Source of the DNA: Orbicella franksi
Taxonomy: Eukaryota
Reading direction: 5' to 3'
Assembly: GCA_964199315.1 (NCBI GenBank)
Contig: OZ116712.1
Span: 3,596,001 to 3,660,000 of the forward strand
DNA: 64,000 nt
Shown piece after piece: positions 33,769 through 46,185 of this stretch; the stretch's first letter is position 1; every line of letters begins with the position of its first letter. The notes under the pieces were generated by a model. The model worked only from the letters and a program-made list of their open reading frames with translations, was not told the DNA's origin and searched no databases. Position numbers and translations under genes: made by a program.

Positions 33769-34080
33769 AGGCGTTTCTCGGAGTCGTGGCACTCAAATTT
33801 GGACAGCACCGCCATCAACGAAAGGAAACCGCTCCATCTCGCTTACCTGCCTTTGATTAGATTCAAAATCAAGAAAATGACTGAGTTGAGAGACAACACA
33901 CGACGCCATATTGGACGAGAACACGTGCTACTTTATTATGTAGCCCAGAGTGCAACGCGCACCCTAACAACTACGAACGGGCTTGTAGCGCGAGTAGAGT
34001 AACGAGCTGTGACGAATGTGGACAGAAGCCACCGAAAAATCAGAAAACCAAAACCAGATCGGATTTGAAAAACCTTAGAA
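33769..34080 (+). mobile_element. Penelope-like retroelement 3' fragment with a degenerate hammerhead-like motif
   Basis: RRFSESWHSNLDSTAINERKPLHLAYLPLI resembles the C-terminus of PLE GIY-YIG endonucleases; followed by TGACGA-ATGTGG-acagaag-CCACC-GAAA. Confidence 0.6.
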
Positions 34081-35425
34081 AATGTCTAACATCGGAAGTA
34101 GTAATTTCAGTCACATGAAGAAACATTTGTATTTTGATTTTAGCGCTGTTCACTTTTTGCAGTTGCTCTTTGCTCTTTCAACCTTACCGAAAGGACACAA
34201 CATTCAGCCTTTGTTTACAGTATACAGCTAAGAAAAGAGAATACCCTGAAAGGGAATCATCGCACACGAGGCTTTTGCGGATGTAATCAGTTCCTGGAGC
34301 TTTATATTTGAATCGGATTACTTTGACAGAATAAAAGAGGGTATAAGTAACGGTTGATTAAAAATCTCACAGCTGATAATCAAGCTCCAATATTCATTTC
34401 CAACTTTAATTTAAAACTACGACAAAACTGTGTACGTAATTGAAAAGTGGTCGACAAGATCTAGAGGTAGTAATAAGAAGGTTGTAAGTTAAATAAAACG
34501 CGCTGTTGTGATCTATTTAAAAACATGAATCATGTAAAATGTAAAGCAATAATCTTGATTCTGAATGCGAACCTTAACCGGCCGTTAACGGTGGTGACTG
34601 TGACTAAGGTGAACGTGTTTGAAGGTTCTTCTTCTATAGCTTTGAAATAATGAAATCTTTTGTTAAAGCAAACAAAAAACATTAAGTGAAATTTATCTTT
34701 CATTTTTTCACATTGATTTCCAGCTTGTCATGACTAACATTAAATATGGCAAGCAAGCAGCTTGAGGGTTTATTTGAGCTTTCTATAATTTGATGAAAGT
34801 GAAATATAGAAAATAGCCTGTGTTGAAAGACTGCGGAGAATTTTAATAGAAAGACTTTGCATTGGTAAATTATTTTTAATCATACAGCGACTGAATATTT
34901 TACGTTGTTTTATACGCGTAAGAAAGTTTTACGACGTTTTAATTTTGGGGCGCTTGTTTAATCGTCCTTGCTCTCGAAAAATCCGAAAAGTCCCCCAAAT
35001 TAGAAACATTATCGAGAAGACCGTTGCCCGGCGTCAAAAAATTAATATTCTTGGCCAAACTATGAAGTATTTAACAAGCAAAAGGTAAACAGCCTTGATG
35101 TTTAATTCAATGAACTTCTTGGAGAAAAAGTTGAAGAACTGCTCAGTATCGAAGAATAAACAAATGATGCTTCACCCCCGGAACGACAAACATATATTTT
35201 TTTGAAAGCCACCTGAACATTTCAATTCGTTTGTTTAGTGAGAATAATTCATCAAAAAAACTGAACTGAAGATTAAAAACTGAAAAGCTGCTTTACGCGC
35301 AGATGTAGATGACAAGACCACATTACCAGTGTGTCCCCAAACCATAGTCAAGGCTAGTTTTGCCGGAGTTTTCTTTTGGAAGAGGTTATTTGAAGAATTC
35401 TCAGTTTGTCGCTCAGAACACAGCC

Positions 35426-36364
35426 ATGTTTAACAACTCAACATGTTCTCCAGTATATAGTCCTTATAGCTCTTGTTGTTTCGATGGTACCACGAGGAAT
35501 CAAAGTTCTGCTTTTCGTGCATTAACTCTTTCAACTTCAATTATTGTTGCCATTTTGTCTCCTGTAGCAGTGGTAGGAAATGCTTTGATAATGGCTGCAG
35601 TGTGGAGGAATCATTCCCTCAGGACACCTTCTTATATTCTTTTATTCGGTTTGGCATGTACTGATCTTTTTACAGGTCTCGTCACACAACCTGTGCATGT
35701 CGCAATCGAATGGATGCTCTTAAAGAATCCCCAGGAAACCGAGAAATTGCAGTCGTTCCTTCTTTACGGCAGGCCTCTTGTAGTAGTCTGTGGAAGTTAC
35801 TTTGCTTTCTTAAGTATAATACTTGTGATTCTAATGTCAGTTGAAAGATGGCTGCACGTGGCTCGTCGACATTTGCTAACTGTTCGTCGTTGCTGCATCA
35901 TCGCGTCAACAGTGTCCGTTCTCCTGATCCCTCTGGTAGTCTGTCTTACGTTCAAGGGAATTGATCTACTCAACAAGTTTGCATTTCCTCTTTTATTAGT
36001 TTGTCTTTTAACCACTTCAATCGCCTACTATAAAGTTTATCGAGTAATTCGTCGCCACCAGCAACAAGTTCAAGGAAACGAATCGTCTGAAAACTGTGGT
36101 CAACCTGCAATAAATGTGGCGAAGTATAAAAAATCTGTTTACACGGTACTGTACATCGTTGTAGTTTTTTATATTACGTATGTTCCTTCTGTTGTAAAGA
36201 TCGGATTTTCCATTTTTTACTATGACCATTGTGTATTAGAGTGGGCTCAAAGGATTACGGTGGTGTTTTTATTTTTGCCTTCTTCAGTTAACCCTCTTAT
36301 TTACCTCTGGAGGATGAAAGATATTCGTAACGAGGTAAAATTAAACACTTGTTTAAGCAACTAA
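35426..36364 (+). CDS. Class A GPCR member 8 (312 aa from MFNNST; helix 8 frameshifted)
   Basis: GCCATG at 35426; LACTD, SVERW, TYVP, VNPLIY; a 5-nt insertion at 36341-36345 alters the C-tail. Confidence 0.9.
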   Translation: MFNNSTCSPVYSPYSSCCFDGTTRNQSSAFRALTLSTSIIVAILSPVAVVGNALIMAAVWRNHSLRTPSYILLFGLACTDLFTGLVTQPVHVAIEWMLLKNPQETEKLQSFLLYGRPLVVVCGSYFAFLSIILVILMSVERWLHVARRHLLTVRRCCIIASTVSVLLIPLVVCLTFKGIDLLNKFAFPLLLVCLLTTSIAYYKVYRVIRRHQQQVQGNESSENCGQPAINVAKYKKSVYTVLYIVVVFYITYVPSVVKIGFSIFYYDHCVLEWAQRITVVFLFLPSSVNPLIYLWRMKDIRNEVKLNTCLSN

Positions 36365-38229
36365 TCTATAAGGCAATGTAGAGAAAACCTGTAAATAGTC
36401 AAATTTTGGAAAAGATGTTTCTAACATAAGTCGTGAAGTTAACTAACTTGTAGGGAGCAGGAATACTTTCAGCGATAATCTCTAATTAAGTTGGTTCACG
36501 CTTAGAAATGTCAATGAATGGGCCGCGTAATGGTTGTGTTAGGAGCACGGTATTCGGGCAATGTACATCCCGACCTGGACCGTTGAACTTTTTTCTATAA
36601 CTTGATCCTTCCACGTCCAAAGTCAAATTTGCTGGTCTTACTTTTGAGTATAAATGAACCCCTTGTGTGTAACTATCCGTCGTAGTAGTTGTAAAGTTGA
36701 CACCTGTCTTATTCAGTAGTTTTATGCTACTAATACTGTGTAAAAATAAATCGTTAGCACTACTTTTTGCTAGTTCTGATCGTGTTTCTGTTATTTGGGT
36801 ATTGTAAAAAAATGTAACATTAAATAACTAGTTTTCAGCCTTGAGTGAAAGGTGAGTGAAAGGATGAAAAGAATAACTACTTTTCATGTATAAGTAAAGC
36901 AGGAACTGATGCATTAGCGAAGAAGAGATCTTTGGAATGTTTGAGGAGGAGGACAGGGGAACAGTGCAACCAATGATACATGTAGCTTTGAAAATCATCA
37001 AGCGTTAGTTAAAATAAAAACGTTAATTCAATGAAACGTTGAATTTTCCTGTAATCCTTCAAAAAATGAACTGTGCATGCTCGACAAAGACGTATTTTAG
37101 GCTAAGTATGAAGGCTGAGTTACAAAAGCCAAAATGTAGATTGTGATTCATCAGTCAGAGAACTAAAACATGTAGGGAATATCTCCTCAAAGGTTTTCTT
37201 TTTTTCTATATTATGCAAAAACATACATGTAGAGTCTTTTCCCCTGAGCCTTATATCAAACCGATTAAACAAACTTCAGAATTACGTATATGTGTCTATG
37301 AAGCATGAAATAGATCAGAAAAGGGCTGTATGATAAAAATTTTGATCCAAGTTAAATGCCACTGAGCGAGGAAAATAAAAATTAAAAACTCACTTATGCT
37401 AGGCTTGATAGATTGATTTAAGAAGTAAGTTCAAAAGTAGACATCCACTGATATAAAATATTGATGTGCAACAAAAGGAAGATGGACAGAAATTAATTAA
37501 ATGTCGTAGAGTTGTTAAGAAACGTCTGAAATTTAACCTCGATTCTCAATTTAACATAATCTCGTATTTAAGTAACTCTGCTTCTTTTTATTAAGCCTGA
37601 TGGATAAATTCGGAACAAAGGCAAATATAGTTCTGATGAATATCAAAGATGAGTGCATTAAAATTTGTCAGCAAAGAGCGACTAAAGAGTAAACCATTGA
37701 TTGTTCTCTGCCAGTGCGTAGAGACCAAATCAAAAGAAAGATCAGAAAACCTGTACTGTAAAGCAGCTGATTTAACAGTCGAGAAGCAAAGTAACTAAAA
37801 CTTTTGTTATCTTTCAATCTTACAACATTTGAACTATTCTATTTTTATGGAAAGGAGAGAGAATACCAATTCTTTTTCTTTATAGGAAAGATAATCCCAC
37901 GAAAATGAAAAGAAAAATATCAGAGTTTCTTCAAATGAAAAGCCACGCGACGTTTTTAATTTATGATACTTTATTAATTCATTTATTAGTGTTTTTCCTT
38001 GCATAAGCAATTAGAAATCCAATCAATCAATGGATCAATCAAAACTGTTACTGAAAAGGTGTAGATGAAAACCTCCGCACTCAGAGATCTCTTCCATTTT
38101 GGAAATTATTTATAGTACACATGTCTAGCAGGAAAAACGCGGCATCTTTGTCTAAGGTTAGCACTTCGAGCAGTTCCATTTACATGTTATCCATCAAGTT
38201 ACCAAAGAGCAAGGTTGCAGTGATCACTG

Positions 38230-39165
38230 ATGGCAATTACCACCAACGTCTCTATCCTTTGTAGCTTTGATGGCGTGACGGACAGGAAACAAGATCCTGC
38301 TTATGACGAAGCAATTTTACTACTTTCAATAGTTATCGCTGTTCTCTCGCCGATTACAGTGACAGGAAATGTTTTAATTGTGGCAGTAATTTGGAGGAAT
38401 CGGACCTTGCGAACTCCCTTCTACATGTTCCTTTGTGGATTAGCTTTAACCGACCTATCCACAGGACTTATCACTCAGCCATTTTATGTTTCATCCCAGT
38501 TTATTTGTTCGGAGGGACCCCAGGAAATCGAGGGCCGTCAGACGTTTCTCTTTTTAGCGAGAGTAGTTACTGGTGGCTTTGGAAGTTACTTGATATACGA
38601 GACGGTCCTGATTCTCACATGCATGTCGATTGAAAGATGGTTGCAGATGTCGCGGAGATTCTTGTTTACCCAGCGTCGAGCGCGTTTTATTGTCGCTGGG
38701 ATATTTCTCGCTCCGATCCCATTCGCTGTGTTTCGCACGTTAAACACCTTAACGGGTAGCTATGAACATGTTTTGACAGTTTCCTTCGCCTTTTTATGGC
38801 TTTGTCTCATTGCCATATCGTCATCGTATTTTAAGGTTTTCCGAATTATTCGATGTCACCAACAACAAGTGCAAGCCAGAGAAACGCGTCAGATTTCAGG
38901 TCAACCGGCGATAAACTTGGCAAAATACAAGAAGTCTGTGTTTTCTATTCTGTATATTGTGCTATTATTTTACATTAGTTACGCTCCTTTTATTGTCTTT
39001 TTCGGGATCTATCGCTCTCTCAGGGATCACTCTGTGGTAGAACTGGCTTATGTTATGTCGTTGACGTCTGTATTTTTGTCTTCTTCGCTAAATCCTCTTA
39101 TTTATATTTGGAGGATGAATGATATTCGCAACGGGGTCAAACAACTGATTTGGAAGTACATGTAA
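38230..39165 (+). CDS. Class A GPCR member 9 (311 aa)
   Basis: 7TM; LALTD, SIERW, SYAP, LNPLIY. Confidence 0.95.
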   Translation: MAITTNVSILCSFDGVTDRKQDPAYDEAILLLSIVIAVLSPITVTGNVLIVAVIWRNRTLRTPFYMFLCGLALTDLSTGLITQPFYVSSQFICSEGPQEIEGRQTFLFLARVVTGGFGSYLIYETVLILTCMSIERWLQMSRRFLFTQRRARFIVAGIFLAPIPFAVFRTLNTLTGSYEHVLTVSFAFLWLCLIAISSSYFKVFRIIRCHQQQVQARETRQISGQPAINLAKYKKSVFSILYIVLLFYISYAPFIVFFGIYRSLRDHSVVELAYVMSLTSVFLSSSLNPLIYIWRMNDIRNGVKQLIWKYM

Positions 39166-41023
39166 CACTAAAGGAGCAATGTCTTTAATTTGTAATGCTT
39201 TAAGATAATGTAATGCATAGAGGGAAAATTGTGAACTGAAAGAGGGAAAGGATGGGTTCAAAAAAGCAGCCTATGTCAAATATAAGGTGGCTAATGTAAC
39301 TTCAAGTGTTGATCGGCTCGACTCTGTTTATTCAACATGTTGCAAACATGGTACTGTGGCCCTGTTCTTGTGAAAATTGGAAAGGTATTAATTGCTGAAA
39401 TAATATTGTGTAATAATATAAAACACCAAAAATGTTCAAAATGAAATATATTTGGAATGGTGTCTTTGCTAAATTTATTATTCCTTATCGAAATGCATCA
39501 GGTGTAATAAAGGGCATTTGTTTTCCTTTGGTTGATGGATTTGTTCACTCACAACTGTAAATAACATGACATACACGCAGAGTAAGGTGATTACACATTG
39601 TACAGCTGACAAATCAGAGTTGTCCATTTACTAAGGTAATAATGTGTCATGGTAAACTTTATCCTCTCTAAAGACACTGGCACATGAACGATGTAATCAA
39701 ACGCACGGTGGGAGCTGAACGAACGTTTCAGAATAGGGGACACGCTTGGCAATGAACGCGAGAAGAGAACCCTGCCGCATAAAGCTACATAAGCTTTGTT
39801 AGCCTGAGAACAGTAAATCCAAAAATATATCTGGGAAGTCAGTGGTTTCTCGCGACAATGTCCAAACGGGAAACGTAAAGTGTAGGAGTAATTTTGAAGA
39901 TGGAGATTCATTCAGGACTGAAAGAGAAGAACCGTGCATGGTATGGTACCGTTTGACATATATTGGTGCCATCTTTTCATCTATATCTCAACAATGATTC
40001 GAGTCGTGCAAAAAATGATTCATTGTCAAATGCAAATAAGTTTCCAAAGGAAATCAATTACAAAGGAGAGCATTATGAGTTCGCTGTTTACCATTTATTG
40101 ATAAGCTTTGTACCTTTCTATTTGAAATTAATGCTAATTGCGCACTCAAGGACCGGATATATAGTACACATGACGGGTCGGAAGGAGGAATATTAAAGCG
40201 GCGAAGTAGGTTCAAAGCAAGGTGGCTCTTAAATTTTGTTAAAGGCAATCTGACTTTTACGTTTACAATACAGCAGCTGTATACCCGCTTTTGGAGCTGA
40301 GTGTGCATTATCTTTTTGTAGATGCACGGTTGGAAATTATACAGCGGGATGTTTTCTTGCCAACACAATCACCGCCCCTTCTCAGATGGACATAATTTCG
40401 ATTTTCACGAGATATTCTAATCGAATAGACTTCATCAGCCTCCAAGGTAATCTATCAAACACGAGAGATCGTGTTCTATCACATTTCTAAACACCAAGAA
40501 GAGAAATGAAATTGCAGAAGTCGAAGTGAATGGAATTGCGTTGAAGCACTGTTTAGAGTGTTTGCTATACCTTCTTAATCAAAACTACAACTAGGGAAAA
40601 GACGGAGAATCAAAATCGTAAAAATCTATGCGAATTCAAATCCGATGTCCAAACACCATTACAGTTATGATTTGTCAAAGTTGATGAATTATCAATGAGT
40701 TTGAGAAGGGCTGCAGGTCAACATCGTCGTCGGGTTGCGCCATCTTGGGGGCTTGATATTAATCACTATTAACACCATTACATTGAACACATCTCACGGA
40801 AAGAGCTATTTTAATTTCTTGAAGTAATCGAAATCTACAACAATAAATTTTTCTGAATATTTTAAGTTCGCCCTGCATAAGCAAGCTATAAGCTAACAGC
40901 TTCATTCTTTACATTCTGTGTACCGTTAAAATGTCTCGGTGTAGCCCTGCCATATATCATTTATCATTTCTTGTTACTGATTTTATTCGGTTTTAATATT
41001 CGACAAGGCAGTTTACAGCCAAA

Positions 41024-41347
41024 AATAGGCCAAGTTCGATATATTAATATTCTAACATGGCTCCGAGGCTTTCAGGTCAAAATTGCAAATTTTGTAAGTT
41101 TGTTTTGTCCCTCAATAGACCAGTTTCGATATTTTAAAATTCAGCCTAAGACAATAGACCTCAGCACGAGGCCATAAACTCTGTAGTTATTCCCCAGAGC
41201 CTCGTGCTGAGATCTATTGTCTTGGGCTCAATTTTAATATACCGAAATTGGACAGGACACTTGGATACAAAGAAAACAACACCAAATATAGGCGTTTGTC
41301 TCGAAAGCCTTTGAACCATGTTACTGACATTTCGAACATGGCCTATT
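41024..41347. mobile_element. Nested MITEs: outer 41024-41347, inner foldback 41114-41251
   Basis: Outer TIR AATAGGCCA.GTTCGA / TCGAACATGGCCTATT; inner arms of ~55 bp (CCAGTTTCG...CTCAGCACGAGGC / GCCTCGTGCTGAG...CGAAATTGG). Confidence 0.8.
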
Positions 41348-41545
41348 GCAAAGAAAAAATGACAGCTTTGCATTTGAATATAAAGGTGATATTTGATATT
41401 ATGTTTCAAAATGTTGCGATTTAGGTAAGATCAAATTTTACACTGACTTCCTGATATCGTCAACTATATGCATTTTAAAGTGTCTTAAGCGTATAGACCA
41501 GAAAAGTGTCATTTTATGACACTATACATTCATCTGAGTTCTCAT

Positions 41546-42541
41546 TTAGTTGTCCACCTTACAAAATAGTTGCTTCAGCAACTGCTTTACACCATTGCGA
41601 ATATCACTCATCCTCCAAAGGTAAATGAGAGGACTAAGCGAAGAGGACAAAAACAAAAATGACGCTGACACTGTAGAAAACAACTCTAATTGAGAGTCCT
41701 TCAACCAGATGGATAGTCCAAGGAAGAAAAGGACGAGCACGAAACCAATGTAAAATACTCCTAAAATATAAAGCATCGAGAACACAGATTTTTTGTACTT
41801 TTTTAAGTTGATTGCCTGATGGCAAAAGTTATGAGCCGGTTCGTTTGCTCGAATTTGTCGTTTGTGACTCCGAATGATTTGAAAGACTTTAAAATAAGCA
41901 AGCGTTGTGCTTATAGTACAAAACAGGAAAACGAAGAAAAAGGTGATAGCAGTAGCGAGTCGATACGTATTATTGAAGATGCGCAAAAAGTGAAAGACTG
42001 CAAAAGGAATCAGAAGAAGTGAGACTGCTACCATGATAAAATGGATACGGCGAACAGTCAGCAAAGTTCGGCGAGCCATGTGCAGCCATCTTTCAATTGC
42101 CATCAGTGTAAGAAGCGACACAGACAAGAAACAAATGTAAGCACCGCATCCATATGTAATAACTGCAGTAGAAATTTGGAATAAAGGCAGACTGTTTATC
42201 TTCTGTGGTGTTTCCAAACAAATAAGTTCGCCTGCAACAAAAAAAGGCTGGATGACGAGTCCATTGCAAAGATAAGTAAACGCCAAATAACGGAGAAGAA
42301 CGTAGGTTGGTGTTTTAAGAGACTTGTTCTTCCAAATTGCAGCCATGATCAATGCATTCCCTACCACTGCCACTGGAGATAAAATTGTAGTGATCAGTAA
42401 AGCCGTGAGAGTTACTGCGTGAAACACAGAACTGCGGTCTCTTGCGACACCATCCAGGATGCAAAGCCTGAACGAATCATTTGTAAAAAGCTTCATCGTG
42501 TTATTGAACAGGGCGGTCCACCGAGATTGGAAAACGACCAT
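41546..42541 (-). CDS. Class A GPCR member 10 (331 aa, or 316 aa from ATG 42496); atypical, lacks D2.50, P6.50 and N7.49
   Basis: Open 7TM frame; LAFTYL, FYIGFVL and LSPLIY in place of the family LAFTD, xYxP and NPLIY. Confidence 0.85.
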   Translation of the reverse strand: MVVFQSRWTALFNNTMKLFTNDSFRLCILDGVARDRSSVFHAVTLTALLITTILSPVAVVGNALIMAAIWKNKSLKTPTYVLLRYLAFTYLCNGLVIQPFFVAGELICLETPQKINSLPLFQISTAVITYGCGAYICFLSVSLLTLMAIERWLHMARRTLLTVRRIHFIMVAVSLLLIPFAVFHFLRIFNNTYRLATAITFFFVFLFCTISTTLAYFKVFQIIRSHKRQIRANEPAHNFCHQAINLKKYKKSVFSMLYILGVFYIGFVLVLFFLGLSIWLKDSQLELFSTVSASFLFLSSSLSPLIYLWRMSDIRNGVKQLLKQLFCKVDN

Positions 42542-42780
42542 CAGACGAATTTTCCCCTTCTCCTTTCACCTGTGGCCAACAAATAATTCAAAAAGTAAAA
42601 ATATTCTTATCATCACCATGGAAGACATTTCTTTTTTGGATAAATTATGGATATGAACCAATCGGTAGGATTGGTTCAATCAGTATTTATTCGCCCCACC
42701 TCTTGCCACCAGCCACTTGATGTAGACTAACAACTTTAAATTATGCAGTTTTGGTTCACGCACCTAACTTCTCATCAGTA

Positions 42781-43112
42781 GGGAGTTAAAGAAGACGGCA
42801 ACGAGAACGTCGCTAAACAAAAGATTTAATAAGAAATGCAGCGATTGTGCACGTACGTTATAATTGTTTGGTACATTTCTTTGCCGTCCCCTGCAAAACA
42901 ACAACGCGAAATGCCCAAAGTCTGCGTCGTCTGGAGACATTTTTAATTCCAGTTGTACGCTGTGTTCAATACTCAGTTTTGGGATAGATTTGACAAAGAG
43001 AAACAAACGAATCGAAATGACTAGAGTACCGCAAAATTCTTAGGTAAAAATATGAATTCATTTTTTAGTCGACGTTGTCCATGGCGTCGCCATCGTCGTT
43101 ACTTAAACTCCC
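42781..43112. mobile_element. MITE with TA flanks
   Basis: ta-GGGAGTTAAAGAAGACG ... CGTCGTTACTTAAACTCCC-ta. Confidence 0.8.
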
Positions 43113-44270
43113 TAATACCTATGAATAGCGCAATCTCTGTTTCAAGAAAGTTACATTGCGTAGATCATCAAAGGAGGGCGTAGTATTACGAAGATTTGTA
43201 AAACCAAAGTAGTATAATGATCAGAACCGTGCAGAACGTTTCGGTTAGACTAAAGCGAGTCAAAAAGATTCACTGATTTAAGGCGTGCATGAGGCGTGCA
43301 CCTCATGTGTACCTTCGTGTACAGCAAAGACAACATGAATGACATGGTTATCATCGAGATTAATCGACTATTCAAGAAATGAATTATTTTCTCTTTGATG
43401 AATTTGCTCAGCGTAGGTACGGCACGTTCAGTCACAGCCAACATAGAATATAATGTATAATCAGCGCAAAGCGAACAAAATTAATTAAAAACTGCACAGC
43501 TGGGCAAGACAAAAACACTCAAATACGGTTCACATGCAATCATCTTGTAGTCGTTTATTTGAGTAAAATATATGAAAAATTGATTTAGACTGAATTGAAA
43601 ATCGAGTTTTGTTTTGCTAGGTTTCCGATTACACAATGACGTGAAAAGCAAGTAAAGTAAACTTAATTAAAATCTTCAATTGAAGTTAGAGAAATGATGT
43701 TTTGGTTTCCAAACATTCAAGTGCAGTGCACCGTATTTGCATTTGCCTTAATATTAAAATACTGGTTTCTTTTCAGAATCCATCTTATTGGCATCTAAAT
43801 TACGAAGTAATTTTGGTTTGCTTCCTACGAAATACCATTTTGCAGAGAAACTAAGGATTCGCCAGCTTATAATGTCAATTGAGTTTTTGTCCTTTACGAA
43901 GGGAAAATTGACAATAAATTATCCATCTACAGTACTGTTGAAAAATGATACAGATGGAATTGACCGAATTGCGGCAATTTCTAAGAATTTTGCGAAAGCG
44001 TTGCAAACTTTCGTTTTAGGCGACGTTTTAGCAATATTTCAGCAATACTTCGTTTGGCTTAAGACGTAGCCGTACTTAAAAATTTAACACTCGAAGCTTT
44101 ACGCTGAATACACGTTATCCTGAGGGTTTGTTTGATGTCGGGAAGAATAACAATATTTCATTTCTGATCATTTGAGATTGATATATACTTTCGCAATTTG
44201 ACTTTGAACCACTGCACACCAACTGGATACGTACGCTTTATAAATCACCAAGTGCGATGCGCGTTATTTA

Positions 44271-44404
44271 TACAGTTGAATTCCGGTTTCTCGGACATTC
44301 AGTTTTTCGAACCTTCTGATAACTCAAACCAGAAGTCGTTTTACCTCCTCAGTCAAACGCTGTAATTTTCCCTTGCAAGTTCGAAAAATCGGGATTGCAC
44401 TGTA
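44271..44404. mobile_element. Tc1/mariner-type MITE (paralogous copy 50942-51094)
   Basis: TA-CAGTTGAATTCCG ... CGGGATTGCACTG-TA termini. Confidence 0.65.
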
Positions 44405-44610
44405 TTTAACTGTTTTCACTGTCAAAGTAATGCATCTTATATTAAATAAAACGTATCGGAATCTCGGCTTTAGGAAGAAAATTGCTTACTTTCATTGATT
44501 TTGTGGATTTGCAATGGACCACAGTACCGGATTGCTGTTCAGTTTGCACGCGAAAAGTAATTTACAAATGTACAGCCGTAAAATACTGCACAATATCATC
44601 TCCTGTCCTN

Positions 44611-44795
44611 NNNNNNNNNNNNNNNNNNNNNNNNNNNNNNNNNNNNNNNNNNNNNNNNNNNNNNNNNNNNNNNNNNNNNNNNNNNNNNNNNNNNNNNNNN
44701 NNNNNNNNNNNNNNNNNNNNNNNNNNNNNNNNNNNNNNNNNNNNNNNNNNNNNNNNNNNNNNNNNNNNNNNNNNNNNNNNNNNNNNNNNNNNNNN
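44611..44795. other. Assembly gap (185 N)
   Basis: Run of N; the flanks match the sequence around 51296-51635 in unit 2. Confidence 1.
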
Positions 44796-46185
44796 CACTT
44801 ACCGGTGATATACAGAGAGGTCCTTTTCTAAATATATCATAAGTCACAAGATTAAAGGAATAAAATATGTTCTAAAACTAAACTAATACGGAGTTTTCTT
44901 GGTAAAATAATTGCTCTTTTCACGGTAGGCACAGAGGAAACCAAAAGGTGACTGTGTGAAAAACGTCCTGCGTTTTTATTCCGTAATACCGAAACTCTGT
45001 ACCAGATAGAAATTCTAATTCTCTAAAAATTCTATGTTTTTAGTTTCTTAAGACTTTGGCATTTTTGGCGACTGAGAAAATGACGTCATGAATTAAGGGT
45101 CGAATTTTGGCCTTTAGTAATATAGGGCATGACTATTTGAAAGACTTTTTCACCAGGATCTCAAAACGAAGAAAAAATTGATATGTCTATCTACTAAAAA
45201 GATGTGACGTTTTGAAATTTTCATTTTACGAGATGAACCACAAGAACATGGTTTACCACGTGACCAAGAAATCCAATAAAGCAAGAGACGAGAAAAGCTT
45301 GTCAAAGCAATATGTTCGATTCTTTCGATTCCCACAAAAAGGTAAACGAATATATAAAGAGGAAAGTGAACTGACGGTTTCCTTTCAATGTGTCAATATC
45401 CAACAATAAATTCAAAAAACAGATGAAAGCACGTTTTTCGGATATAAGCGCAAGATCAGCGAAAAAAACGTGTTCGTGAAAGAACTTAGAAAAGATCAGG
45501 ACATAAATTCCATGCCATAAAATTGCTTTCTCTTTCCACCGAGAGCGAAACAAAGAAAGAAGAAACGTAATAGTCGACTGAATATTTTGATTTAAATCAA
45601 CGTTTATTTTTAATTAACAAGAGCTTTGTCGTCAACATTTGGATTGCTTTTCTAATCATAAAGCATGAATTATAAAGGTTGGTAACTCAGGAAGTCTCTT
45701 GGTAACCATGTCATGAAATGAAAGTTCATGATATCGTATCGAATTTAAATGTATTAAAATGCAGCTATTTGGACCAGTGTTTGTTGTTAATTCAAATTTA
45801 GATTTTTGAGCGTATGTATCCTTAAGCTTAGCCCCAACATTACTCAGTGGCTCAGTTTTAATAGATTAATTATGATACTTTCCTTGGCTCTTTTGTCGTA
45901 TGTTTGTTGCGGTACGGAAGAAGACTGTCAGTTCTCGATTAACTAATTTCAAGTTAGTTATAATGAAAAGACCTACCAGTCATAAAGGATAAATATAGCA
46001 AGAGACACTACGGGGGTTTGTGTACACTTTATCTTGAATTCAATTCAGTTCTCGTTAATAAAAAGTAAACTCGAAACAAGCTTTAACAAGACATCAGTGT
46101 GGTCTACAAGAGACAAAAGATTATTTCCGCCTTACCGAAGAGTCACCGTTCCCTCTTTTAAAGTGCCACTGTCTGCCACAACAAT

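Noticed and set aside
44482-44847. ORFs containing long X runs
   Set aside because: Artefacts of the N gap.
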